Assembly (NCBI GenBank): GCA_035221665.1
Contig: CM069149.1
Coordinates: 43,338,001-43,402,000, forward strand
Direction: 5' to 3'
From: Okamejei kenojei
Lineage: Eukaryota
DNA length: 64,000 nucleotides
The notes under the pieces are model-generated. The model was not told the origin of the DNA. It made no database searches and was given only the letters and a program-made list of their open reading frames with translations. A program made the translations under genes and the position numbers. Positions 37,931 to 51,220 of the stretch are shown here, piece after piece (the first letter of the stretch is position 1; every line of letters begins with the position of its first letter).

Positions 37931-40900
37931 ATTTTGCCCCTCCCTTTCTAATTGATTGTGATATGTAAAATAATTCAATGAACTTTAACCAAAGAGAAAC
38001 TTAAAAAAAAAAAAGAATAATCAGACATTAGTTTCAGTAATGGAACTTTCTGGGTTAAAAACAAAAATAAACCTCAGCACTCAGCCACTCCGGGTGCTGC
38101 ACCTGAGGAGGGACACGTTTGTTCAAATTCTGCATTGAAAGGAACACATTCTTCTCCTCCTCTAGCCTGTTAGTTTACTGTAATGAAATCACGCATCAAA
38201 ATAGTCTGAAAGCTTTTGAACACTCATTGCCAGAAGTGCAAAGATTGGAATTATTCACGTCATGTCAAAGTGCTTGGAAATTTAAATTTCAAATAGGTTA
38301 TTCTTCCACAGATTAAAGTGTGCTTCGCAGCTCTTATTTTATACTTTTTGATATTGACATCTTCTAGAAAATATTATTATATTGAAAAAATATTTTAAAA
38401 TAGGTCCAGCTAACTTGTTTTCATTAAAAAATTAAATAATTAATTTCAGATGATATAACCCTTATCACGAGTTGAAATTTAAAATTTTCTTTAAGATGCC
38501 ATTTTGGAAAGATTCCAGGTTTGAATACCTTGTATATCAATTTGGAATAGACCAAATAAACTGGGTTTTTTCAACTGCTTTTAAATTCCTTTCATGTAAT
38601 TACTGTGGAATATCCTTTGAGATTTTGGGCATTAGCCGATTTCTATATTTGTAAATTTAGAAACTAATTTTAAGTATAACCAATTGTCCATTCTGGCACA
38701 TGCATTTCTATGTCTCCTAATACATGAATTGTATTTATTTTAAATAAGATTTGCATAAATTCATATTCAAAAGATTTACTGTAACTGCCTAGAGAATGTT
38801 TTAACAGTGTAGAAAGTAGCAATCATGAAATATGAAAGAAACGTGTCAATTTGTGTGCTGTGAAATATATCTAAAAATTGCATATTTATTATTCTGTGAC
38901 ACCAAAGTGTTTACAACAAAATTCTACCCCATACGCCACAACAATTTTACATCTTTATTCCTAAGGATATGATATTATTGTCAAGAAGACAAATGTCGGC
39001 CTGGATTTTCAAATTTATCAAAATTCAACTAAAAAATGTAAATAACAGACGGTAATGTATTCAAAATTTTAAAAAGTAGAAGTTATAGAATGAATAGCTG
39101 TATAGGCATCTCCTTTGAAATTTCTCCCTTGTCCCTGTTTATTTTTAGGCATATTGTAAATGTTGCAATATTTCCAATTTCCTGCATTCTGCTCCCTTTA
39201 TTTCGCCATTAAGAGCTGATCCTGAACAGGTTACTTTTCTCATAGAGATGGTAGGTTCAATGTATAATTCTGTTTAAAATCTGATCTGAAGATCCTGGTA
39301 TGAACGATATTTGAATTTTTTACTGTACATACACGATTTATTTTGTGAAAACTTGCTTTTTTCCCTCCAGTTCTTCTAGAGAAAATATATTATTATTTTT
39401 TGCAATTTATTGCAAATTATTTGTTTTGAGAAACAATGCTTTTTTCTTATTCTTTAACGTGAAATTTGCAGCATTGGGCACTGTGAAACTACCCAATGCG
39501 GTTGGGCACTGTCAAACTATCCAATGTCAGAAATGAAAGGCACATCTGAATGATAACAGTATTTAAGATTAAAAGATCTCATAAACTCAGCCAAAATATG
39601 TTCTTCAAAAACTGGAATGCTGCAATTCAAAAGCAATCACATGGAAAATCACCTAATGATTTAAAAAAATATTTTTCCCCATTCATAATTTAAGACATGA
39701 CATCTTTAAACTATCTATTAGAGTAGACACAGTTTTTATTTTCACTTTGGTGAGATCTTTAACAGTAAATCCTTAATAAAAGCTTCCATGGACAATGTTG
39801 GATTGCATAATTTTATACAAATTTTAAGCATTGAAATTATGAAAGCATCTGATCATGACCAGCAGCTTAGCACCAATTAGCAAGTAAGAACAATTTGTGA
39901 AAATTTTATATCTTTCTTCTTTAATAGTTTTCTGCACTACATTTATATTAAAAGCTCATACTTATTGGTGCTCCTGCATTTAATGGTTGAAAAATCGTGA
40001 CTTTGCTTAGGCCATACAAACCCTCAGAGTACTTTTTTTTTAAAAAGCTAAGTAATTTAACCTTTTAAATATGCAATGCAGCACCAATTTTTTGATCGAG
40101 TTCACAGAAACTCTATGCCCTTTATGGAATGTTTAAGTTCAATGCACAATTTTCAAAACCACACACTATCTTACGCAAGTATAAATAACTAAAGTTTGTC
40201 AAGAGAATTTCCCTACTCTGAGGGTTAACCAATCCCATGATTTTTTTTCTCTATGTGATGACCTGCAGGAGGTTCATACCTTTCACCATTCCGTGGGCCA
40301 AAGTTACACAGAACATTCTACATTCTTTTATTTCATGCAAAATTTGACTTCAATAAAATCTTAACAATGTCACGGGACACACACTAGAGAATCACCTATA
40401 AAAAATGCAACTGCACAGTGAATCCAGGATATTTCCAACAATGAATGAATACATTTTTTAATTATTAGTTTGTTTTAATAAAAAAACTAATGTCAGACTA
40501 TTTAGGCAAATCCATTGTAAATCCATTAATTAATTTATTTTTTTGCAGCTTTATTTTTTCAAAAATAGTATGATTAAGTCCTGTGGTGCTTTCTCACAAT
40601 GAATACGTGGCTACTGATGCTACTATAGACTGGTGTACCACCATAATGGCCAACTGAAGTTAGGTGCAGCAACATTTTCTTGACATTTCACACTGGCAAA
40701 TATGGCACAATTTTACACATATGATAAAGGAATTGGTAATGTGCTTGCATGCAAAAATTCACGTTTGGAATGCACCATTCACCTTTTTTAAATTAAGGTT
40801 TCAATGGAAAGCACAGTGCCACAAGTACAATAGCTTAAACTTCAACAAAATGAGGTGTCGTTGGAGTCGTATTCCCCAGCTCATTCGTAGTAATGCTTAA

Positions 40901-43189
40901 ATTTATAATATAGAAACTTGAATTCTTGTTCTTTTTGCGTAAAATGATTTTTTTTGGGGGGGGGGGGGGGGAGCACGGTATCCATGGTATCATAAGCAGA
41001 CGATTCAGATCGGGGTTTAAGCCCTGCTGCCCTTTCAATCATCAGTTATTTGAGATCAATGATCATAACTCTAACATGGAGAACTGCTGGATATACTTGC
41101 CACATTGTATGTTTATTCCTTTATCTAACATATAAACAGATCAGATTTTTTTTCAATTCTTACCCATTAATAATCTAAAAATGAACTACTATTATTGTAC
41201 AATATACTGTTGCCTATTCATTTTTAAAACATGAGGGCCCTGCTATACTGCTGTAAGCTTTTTTTTTTAATATACATAGATACACAAAATGCTCAAGGCT
41301 GTTATAAATAGCCAGATCACAGAGAGTATGCCAATGATAGAAATCTAATCAGGATGGAGAGGATGGAAATACATTTTTTTTTTTCCCCCAATTTAAAAAA
41401 TATAACATATCAAATATTATGACTGGCATCAAATATTCAACAATGTAAATTAAATCTGATTATCCAACTCTCCACTTGTATTAATTAGCACATCAGTAAT
41501 TTCTTCAAACTTTAGGTACAGCATGTTTTTCTATCTATTATTTTTGGACCGGATGATGTGACATCGCAAAAGCTTCCTTCATTTCTTGGTTACTTTTGGG
41601 CAGGTTAAAGGAAGATTATTGATATAAAAGTAGGTACAATCTCAAATCAATGTAGGAACATACATTTTTCTTGTACATAACCTCGCTTTTCTCCTGTTTT
41701 ATATCTAATCTTTAACCCTTTGCATAGAGGATTACCTCAACTTTCAAAGCAAATTTTCTTTCTCAATAACATACAAAAAGGTTTCTTATTACAACTTTGC
41801 ATCACATGGTATATTTTCAATCAACTCCGTTACCGGAAATATACACTATCTTCATACCAAATCTTTTACTTTAAAAGTGAAAGCATATTTCACAAAACAG
41901 GAGAATCAATGATCTTTGTCATAAACAAGGGAATCAATAATCTTTTCCCAACAAATTTATGAATGGATACGTAAAATGGAAAATAAGACTGAACAAAACA
42001 TTCTTTGAAATGAAAATGATGCCCATCAAAAAACAAAGCAAATGTGATTCTGCAGTATCGTTTTTCCCCCAAAATGTAATTACCAATATACAAAATAAAA
42101 TCTGTAATTAAAAATAAATCCATCTCTGGATATTCGTTGAGTGTGCTATCCCACTGAGAAACTAAAAATTAACCCTAATTCCTGAACATTGTGAAATAAC
42201 GGATATGTAGTGAAATATCAAACAAAATAGGGCGCATTAATGATGTCTTGTTACATTCCCTAGCAAATAATTTGCTTTATTTTCATGAAATGTTTTGAAT
42301 TTTACTAAATATTTTGCCAATTGCAATATCACATAAACAGCTATCTAGTGGCCAATCTGCTGATATGTTTTTGATGATGTCAGCTGTGGAAAATATTGTG
42401 GTGTTTATACTCTGACATTGGGAGACGTGTACGATTTCATTCGGTCGATAAGATGCTACTATTGCAAAATATGAGAAATCTAGAATTTTTATTTTTATAT
42501 GTCTTATTTATATTTTGAAGAATATTTTAAATCTTTCCAATTTTCTAAGCAATTCATAGAAAATAAGTACTCTTCCAAGGTTGAGTGGGAAGGAGAGTTT
42601 TTTTCGATTTGTTTGCAAACGTATAAAATGGTGAATTTAATCATTTTGATACACACTGGCACATCATTACAAAGTGGCACTGTGACAATCATTACACACA
42701 AGCTGGCTGCATTTCTCCAAATAATTAAGGTTTGCAAGGTATCTTTGTTATCTTAATATACATCAATGTACACTCCATATAAACATTCTATAGGAAAAAC
42801 TATTACATACATTTTATCAGAATCCAACTCTAATTCATTATCTTCAAAAGAAAGTAAAGATATTGCACATGCTCGAAATCTCACAAAAGAAAGGATATGC
42901 TGGAAACATTGCTAGACCGCTTCTGTGGACATGGAAACGCCCATCTGTGACACTAGCTCAGTTTTTCTCTTGATATTTGCATTGACTGATAAGATGGGCA
43001 GGTCCTAGTGCTCTGCATTTTGCAACTTTTATGTTCGTTTGTTAGTGTTTTTATTCGCTGACGGCCCTAATTTCATAGATTTTATGTTCCTTTTGTTTAG
43101 ATATTCTCTCTCTCTCTCATTGCCCTTGTTGCCCCCCACATTGACCAGATTACCTTGGTTACATATTATCCCAGTGGAAATCCTAGCCT

Positions 43190-43355
43190 GACTTTATCAG
43201 AGATATTCCTTTACCCTGTCCATCGCTCTCTGCAATTTAAAACCAACTTGTTTTCTGTCCTTCACAGCTAGGATGATGGGTCTTTGACCTTCAACATTAA
43301 CTCAGTTTCTCTTTCCACAGGTACTGCCAAATCCGTTGCCTGCTTCCAGCAGTTT
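43190..43355 (+). mobile_element. Old Penelope-like 3' repeat with eroded hammerhead motif
   Basis: GATGATGGGTCTTTGACCTTCAACATTAACTCAGTTTCTCTTTCCACAGGTACTGCC; similar to 48455-48620. Confidence 0.6.
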
Positions 43356-46124
43356 CGGTACACATTTTATTAAACAAATTCCCATTAGGACCATACTTTA
43401 GAACATATATAATGCTGAAATATAATCCAAATAAAATGAATAAAAACTCAACACTGCTACTACTGACCAAACTGTACAAGTTCTGCAAGCCTTGACATTC
43501 TGTTTCCAAAACCTAAGCAAAAAAGGTTTTATGTTATGCACCAATGATGGAATGGGTATCTTCTGTATCTTTTGCTAATGTTCAGTCTACGAAAGATTCC
43601 CACGAGTCTATTCCAAGCAATAGAAGTCTCAAGGACTTAACATCAACTTCTTGGTCTTGACCTTTATATAATTTCAGACTTAACACATCAAACAGATTAA
43701 CCAAGCATACAACAATGCAGAGTTTAAAGTAACATTAAAACATCACCTATAACTAAAAAATAAAATTTAGAAGGAATGATTAATGTTTGAAAAGATATAC
43801 TACATGGAAATGACTCTATTGTCCAAAATAATTAAAAACAAACAATAGTTAAAAGGTTCAAATGATAATTTCTACTTTGTTGACAACAGTATTAAAATAC
43901 TGTAATGTTGCAATGTTTTCATTTTTTTGTAAATAAGGAAGGAATGTCAATGGTGTGCATCATTTAAAAATAAATCCTTTAGCAGGAAAGCATGACTCTA
44001 AGTAAAATGTTCTAGTATAATCTTTCTCTGAAAACATACCCTGAAGTGCTTTCCACTTTCAAAAAAGCCATACCTGTGTATTCTTTAAGATGTTCAAGGA
44101 TGTGGGTGCGCGCATGCATGTGTGAGTGTCCGATATTTTAAAATGTGGACAAAGCGCTTTTTGTTTTGATACTGATTGCAATTTAAATCTCTGAAAGGAT
44201 TAATTGTCACTCTATTCCTTTTTGCATAGCGGTGCTGTCACTAGGATTTCAGTACAGCATTATTGTAGGCATGTGAACGTTTAATAAAATGTCCTCTTGA
44301 ACTGTGAGAAACAATCAAATGTATTGAATCTGTTCTTTCAGCTTTAGTATGGAATTAGACAGAAAATTTGAACACAACATTGAACACAGTGTTGTTGTTA
44401 GAAGAAATGGAGTAATGTCGTCACTATTTAATGATATACACAGTCATTTTAAGTATAACACAATTCTGCTTAAGGATAATTTCCTTAATATGTGTGTGTA
44501 TGTATCACAACTGTCGCTTAAGTGTCGATACAGAAAAGTTGCATAAAGGATTTAAAACGTAATGCTTTTTAGCATTCGTATATTTAGGTAGTAACAAATA
44601 TTACACAAAAATTATAATGACAGGCTGAATATTAATCTCAAAGTTAAAATCCTGTCACCCTAAACCTGAAGAGTAAAATTTTACTGTCACAACTTGCACA
44701 TTCACAGTCGTGTGGTTACCTTCATTCCTTTAAGTTTATCATTACTACAAATGCAACAGCTTTATTACTGATTGGTACTTTACAGTAATTCACAATGCTC
44801 CAGGATAGATATCTGAAATTTTGAGTATAGTCTAAGGAACATATATATTTATATTATAATTAATATAACAAATATTTTACATTATTTGTAGTTTATACAT
44901 TATATCAATATAATTGCTCCAACTGCAAAGGATACAATTTTACAGTTTATTTAAAATAAATTAGCTATTTTCTGCAAAAAACTATGTACTCTAAGGTGTA
45001 AATTCTACAAAATCTAAGCTCTATATGAAATTTTATCGTGTAAGGAACTGTAAAATTGTATCCTTAGCTAATTACAAATTGCAAGTAGTACACATTTCAT
45101 AAGTTATATGTAACTTATGAAATGCCTAACTGCAGAACTACATATTATCAATATGCATATAATTAAATTATAACATTCAGCAGACTTATCTATTTAGCAA
45201 TGATTGGAATTCAAAACAAATGCATATATTTTAAATGATTTCATCCATTTGTTATGTATTATAGAATCCTGAATGCAATATATACAGTAGCTAAAAGACT
45301 TCAGAGATATAAAATGATGTGTGAAAGTAGTAATGGGTTCAATGTGCTTCCTAATAGAACGCAACTGCCTGGACATTCTCTAGCAGCACGTGTCAACATT
45401 GCTGCTCCATTTTGTGATAGTGTTGTGAGGGCACTTCCCATTATACTGGGAACAAAGGCCATGGCCCAGAGGTCATAGTGTTATACTAGGAGTGCAGCTT
45501 TTCCATTGTCAGGGGCAGCACTGTTTGCTTTGTCTAGGTAAAGATTTGCTGATACATTAACCAAGGAGGATTAAGTATTATCCGTCTCAGGTTGCTACTC
45601 CCCATGCATCACATTACTGATGACTGCAGACCGTCACAAGTCATCTACACATCATTAAATGCTTGCTCGGAGTACCCTGGAAAGATAGCCATTCTTCTTC
45701 AAATAAAGTTAAAAGTTAGCAACTCATTTGCCTTATTAAATTAAAACCCCCAAAAATGTGTATTTTAATCAGATACATTTGTCAACTTTTCTCCTTAAAT
45801 CAATGTTATTCTCACCAATTATTTTTAACATGATCAGGTCAACTTTGTCATGCTCCCATTTTTTTTTCACTGCTGTATTTATAGTTCACCAAAAAATAAA
45901 TGCAAATGTGATAACCACATATACTGGTTGGTTCCATCTGTCGCTTACTCGTTTATGAGTCAAATTTGCTTGAGCGCCTGCAATAACCTAAAGAAAATTT
46001 GGCCACTAGCATCTTCCAAATATCCCCGGGAAGTGCCTGCGAGGAAGGCATGACACAGTGAAGGCAATTTGGCAGTCAGGTCAGCCAGTTTATGGCGGAT
46101 AATAAACACTATCTGAGAAATAGC

Positions 46125-46297
46125 AAGAATCTTTGCTGTTCAATTTTTACAAATATCGTCATGCAGAAAATGGCTCCCACGTTCATTAGCATCGCCAAAT
46201 TACTGCATTTCAAACCACTTCACTCTAGTTAATTGATTTTGAGATGTTACTGAGAGAACTGATAAAGTACTATATAAATGCAAGTCTTGCTTTTCTT
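46125..46297 (+). mobile_element. Ancient DeuSINE-like (SacSINE1/AmnSINE-type) 3' remnant
   Basis: AAATGGCTCCCACGTT and terminal CTATATAAATGCAAGTCTTGCTTTT resemble the recalled DeuSINE 3' consensus. Confidence 0.5.
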
Positions 46298-46554
46298 CCC
46301 ATGGTTAGTGAAACAGTGACTTATTATGGACACTGATAAATATTATGGAATAAATCCATACTGATGATTGGTCTTCGATTTAGGTTTATACCTACTTACA
46401 AAACTTTGTTAGAAACACATTGCACCTCACTTTTTTCCTGCACTTTTGCTTAACATTCCTGCTCCCCATCACATTCACCTTCTCCCCTCCTTCCTCGCAC
46501 TTCACTATTCCCCTTTATGACTCTCTGGTCTACTCTTGTGTGTCCAAACCATTC

Positions 46555-47330
46555 TCACACACTTTTACATGCAGCTGCAGGAGATGCAACACATCATTCC
46601 CCCATCCACGAGCACAAACAGTCCCTCCAGTTGAAGCAAAGGTTTGTTTACATTTCTTCGAATCTAGTGCACTGCATTCAATGTTCTCAAAGTGGTCTCC
46701 TTTCTAGTGGAAAAACTAAATGCATTTGGAGGTGAATGCTTTACAGAGCACCAGCGTGCAGTCTATATGAGCGACCTGAACTTCCTGTTGCCTGCCTTGT
46801 TTAATTCTCCTTCCCAATCCCACTCTGACTTTTTTGTCAATGGCCTCCTGCACTGTTTCATGTCAGGTCGGGGGGAGTTCCCACCGCCACGGGTACCATG
46901 TAATCCCGTGCTACCTGCTCCATGGTCGGATAGTCAGCGACTAAACTGTCTCCCCCACCTGGTTTGCCAGGTGAAAGGGGTCTCTGGACCCCCAGCAGGA
47001 TCAAAATCAAGACCTGCCAAAGGACAGATGAACTTCTAGCAAGCCAACGGCCATCCACACTTCAGTAGAAGTTGCGATCACTGTCGTACATAACATTGTA
47101 AGGAATGATGATAAAGCACACACACCAAAATCCTATATTTCCAGCGGCGGAAGTCCGCAGGAAATGGAGGACAGAGATGTGTGGTGCGTTCGTCACCGTT
47201 TCCGTTGGAAACCAGCACCACTGCGTCGCTAATGTTTTCAACGATGCTGACCTGCACTGCTATATCAGGATCAACATGAGCTTGTGGAAGAGAACACCAT
47301 CTTCTGTCTGGGCAAACCGCAGCCTCCCTG
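46555..47330 (+). mobile_element. Decayed Penelope-like GIY-YIG endonuclease region, split by an insertion
   Basis: CSCRRCNT, KQRFVYISSNLVHCIQCSQSGLLSSGKTK, FTEHQR, FNSPSQSHSD, then after the insertion QHELVEENTIFCLGKPQP; parallels 61221-61444. Confidence 0.8.
46856..47250 (+). mobile_element. Short non-autonomous retroposon, RTE/RTE-X-like
   Basis: 9 bp TSD CCTGCACTG (46847-46855, 47251-47259); 3' part reads MEDRDVW like RTE-clade C-termini and ends in a decayed (GAT)n tail GATGCTGA. Confidence 0.6.
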
Positions 47331-47477
47331 TGTTGGTTTTGTTTATATGAGAAATGGCCAGATATGACACAGGTCATTCATCTGTAATATTGGCTCTGTT
47401 CTTTCACTCTTCATTACCAAGACCCGACTTATTTCACATTCTCAACCTTTCTGCATTTCGCAGCTTTTACTTTAATA

Positions 47478-47568
47478 CACACAAAAAGTTGAAGTAACTC
47501 AGCAGGTCAGGCTGCATCTCTGGAGAACATGAATAGGTGATGTTTCAGGTCGGGACCTTCTTCAGACT
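47478..47568 (-). mobile_element. Penelope-like pseudo-LTR fragment
   Basis: AGTAACTCAGCAGGTCAGGCTGCATCTCTGGAGA...TTCTTCAGACT. Confidence 0.8.
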
Positions 47569-47673
47569 TTCCTTTCTTTTCCTACATTTTTACATTTTCA
47601 ACCATTCCTTTATTTGTGTTTCTGCCTCTAACTGTTTGTATATCGGGGTTTTTACATTTTTCAGTACATATTG

Positions 47674-48428
47674 AAGTTCAAGTTCACATTTATTGCCACA
47701 TGCACCAATTAAGGTACTGTGGAATTTGATTTACCACACAATCAAAAAGAGCACAATACACAATAGAATATAACATGAACATCCACCACAGTGGAATCAA
47801 CATTCTTTACTGTGGTGGAAGGCAATAACGCTCAGTCAGTTCTCCTCCTTTGTTCATCCGTGTTCAGGGACCATGAACCCTCCGCTGTCGCTGCTACGGA
47901 CAGCCCGATGTACAGGCCCTCTCGTTGGGATACTCGTAACTCCGACGTCGGGACGGACGGACATTCCGCGGCTTGGAGGTCCCGAATCGGCCGCTTCCTA
48001 CCGGAGTCCGTGGCTTCACGATGTTATAGGCTGCAGGCCGGCGGTCTGAACTCTTCTCCGGCGATCCCCAATGAGGGATCCCAGACTCCGCGATGGAAAG
48101 TCTCCACCGCGCCCGAGGCTAGAAGCTCCGCAGACCATGGCTTCAGGATGTTATAGTCCGCGGGCCAACGATCGGAGCACTTCTTCTGGCAATCCCCGGC
48201 AAGGGACCGCCCGGCTCCGCGATGGAAAGTCTGCGCTGCGCTCGCTGCTGAAGCTCTGAGCCTCACTCCGGGAGGGGGCCCCATAAATCCAAGATGTGAG
48301 GCCGCGACGGAGAGCGAAAATGCGCCCCCCCCCCCCCCCACTGGAACACACTTTTAGACATACTAAAAACAAAAAAAAGTCGAAAGGACGAACAACTGCT
48401 GGCGAGGCTGCCGGCTCGCGGCGCCACC
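47674..48428 (-). mobile_element. GC-rich non-autonomous retroposon with Rex1/Babar-like ends
   Basis: Reverse strand begins GGTGGCGCCG and ends AATAAATGTGAACTTGAACTT; internal repeat CTCCGCGATGGAAAGTC twice; CpG-rich. Confidence 0.6.
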
Positions 48429-48454
48429 CCTATCGATACCTGACCAACTTGTTG

Positions 48455-48620
48455 GCAACTTAAAACTAACTCGGTTTTCTCTTTTTCCCCAGTTCTGACA
48501 AAGGATCTTTGACCTGAAAAAATAACCCTGTTTCTGTTTCTGGAGTTGCTAGTTAATCTGTTGAGCACTTTCAGCATTTTCTCTTTTTATTTCAGATTTC
48601 CATCATCTGCAGTTTTTTGA
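48455..48620 (+). mobile_element. Old Penelope-like 3' repeat
   Basis: TTCTGACAAAGGATCTTTGACCTGAAA...TTTCAGATTTCCATCATCTGCAGT; likely tail of the element starting ~46555. Confidence 0.65.
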
Positions 48621-49429
48621 TTTACAAAAAAAGGTTGGTGGATGTGGTTTTGAGATAAAAATAGAGCATATATTTCCTTAAAAAGTGTTGCTTCAAACTG
48701 GAGCAAAATAAATTCTGTCTGATAAAGATGAACTTCCAAATCTGAATGAGCAAGCATTAAAAATAAGATTTTAAAAGAGATTTTGCTTAAAATCTGAATG
48801 GCTCAGCAAACAAAAGGTAATTTGCCCCTTCAGGGCTGTGTAATTGTTTCCATGTAAGTCTAAATCTTATTTCAATTCAACTCGCTTCCAATGAGAATCA
48901 ATAGTCCTATTTTGCAAATGGCTTATTCCTCAGCCTGTTAAATATAGATTTTGCTACAAAAACCATGACAAATAATTTGAACTACCATCTTTTAAAAATA
49001 TAACCATTTATTTTGTAATGATCACAATACTTTGCAATATTCATTCAAAAGCCTCTTGACGTTCTCTGCTCGAGCTAAATGTTCTCTAACCATCTACCTA
49101 TATTGCCAGGAATTTCATCTGACTTTACCTTTACTATGTTCATTCACTGGAATTGCTTAATTATCCAAGCCAACCTCTTACTCTTTTAAATCCTGTTCAG
49201 GTGTTGTATCAAATATTTTACTCCTGTTATCTCCAACTATTTGTCTGAAGTTTCAATAACTAATTGTTTCCTCTCTGATTGCTCTAGTCAATGGCTGAAT
49301 TCTAATATTCCCAGAGTTATAATCCACCTCAGTATTGGTGCAGGCTCTGGTATCTGAATGGTCTATTCAGTGGTTCATTGTAAATTGCTTTTTAAAAATA
49401 ACTTTGGTTGTATTATTTTACCAGGAATT

Positions 49430-49577
49430 CGATGATTCTTGATTAGTAAGGGTGTCAAAGGTTACGGAAAGAAGGCAGGAGAATGGGGTTGGTAGGGAAA
49501 GATAGATCAGCCATGATTGAGTGGTGGAGGTAGACTCAATGGGCCAAATGGCCGAATGCTACTCTTATGACTTATAA
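49430..49577 (+). mobile_element. CR1 3' tail
   Basis: GAAGGCAGGAGAATGGGGTT..GATCAGCCATGATTGA..GGGCCAAATGGCC. Confidence 0.85.
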
Positions 49578-51220
49578 AAACAGGGTCTTTTCGTCATTGC
49601 TGCTGAATTGGTTTGGGTAATAATTTCCTCATGTATTTGGATTCTAATATTTTACCAGATACTTTACCAAATAAATTAACACTACATCCATCTTTGTAGC
49701 CTAGATTGTCTTCCAGTTGAGTTAACTGCAGTTTCAAGATGACATCTAGATAGCTGAGATGATACTTTAGTTTAATAGAAAATTCACATAAATACTAGGG
49801 CAGGTCTTCCAAAGCCATTCTGAAAGTCAGACCAGTTGCTGCCAAGTTTTTCCATCTGTTCTGCTTGATAGTCAGTACTCAGCTACAAAGAAGGATATAG
49901 TGTTATTTTTTATATAAATGGACAAAATGATGGACACTTCCTTGTTACAGGTTGCAATCAAAATAACAAAAATTGCTAGTGGTAATCTGCATGTAGACTG
50001 GCTTGACAAAATAGATTTAACGGTCCAGACAGACCCTTAAACAGTTAGCGAGAAATATAATTACTAAAGTTTTGTTCAATGTTGACATTCTATTTTAATT
50101 GCACTCAATAAAGTTGATTACCTCCAGTTCCTTTGATTGCCCTAACAACAACCAACTCAATTTTATAGATGCAATAATGTAAAGCACACAATTATAGCCA
50201 ACCTGAAAAAATTAAGAGGATGTTATCCAAATTGACAAATTAACAACATACAACGCTGGAATTTATTAGATGATTCTATTAAAACTGGGGGAAACGTAAT
50301 CCAAACCTAATATATATTAATACATACATACACATTGAAATAGTGACTTTAATCACATTAACACTCAACCTAAATATCCGTGTCAAAGTGAATCAGTGAT
50401 TATTCACTGTGATTCAAAGTGATTATTCCAGTCTGCACAACCTATAGCAAAATCTTGGGGGCATGGATAAGAAATATGTACTGAGAAATGTTAAGGCCAA
50501 GATACAATAGATAATTAGGCAGAAACACAAACAATGGAATATAGAAGCTGCAAAATGCAGAGCAATAGAGAATGCGAAACAAGTCAGGTCTTGCTGATGG
50601 GGGAAAAAAAACAGTGCCAATGTTACAGGTGAATGTAACAGGTTGATATGTCTGCTTTATTTCCGGAGATTTGGCAGGTAATATGTTAGGAAATGTTTCA
50701 TGTTAAATAACCTCTTACGTTATTAATGCATTTAAGTTTACTATGATTTATACTTCAAATGTCTCTCAGCCAATTCAATTTTGTATCAATTCATTGCAAC
50801 ATATTAATATCAATAGTCTAATATTTTCCAGTTTACCGTATGTAACAAGTTAAAATACACCATTACAGCATGAAACAAAAATGTCCTCTGAATCTCTAAA
50901 AACGTAATCACCAGTAGTTTATCATTGTTTGGCCAACCCACCAGAATAGAAAAGTACCAAGTAACGGATGTTCTTTTCCTGAATATTTCTGGCATCTCAC
51001 TCAAATACCTGGAATAGGAAGCAATGCCAAGCAATCAATGCATTGGGGCCATCTTGCCTGCATTTTAAAGAGAACAAGCCCTTTGTAACTATGATCATCG
51101 TAAAAATACAACTACTTAGTAAAAGTATCAATGCCTGTAATTGTAATTTCAATCTGGTTCAATTAAAAATACGAGACTTACCCTGTATAAATGTAGTTAA
51201 TTTGTATTCCATGACCTTAA

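Noticed and set aside
47020-47056. CAGATGA...GCCAACGGC as a canonical hammerhead
   Set aside because: Core deviates at essential positions (CUGA, GAAA, NUH); kept only as part of the structured-RNA finding
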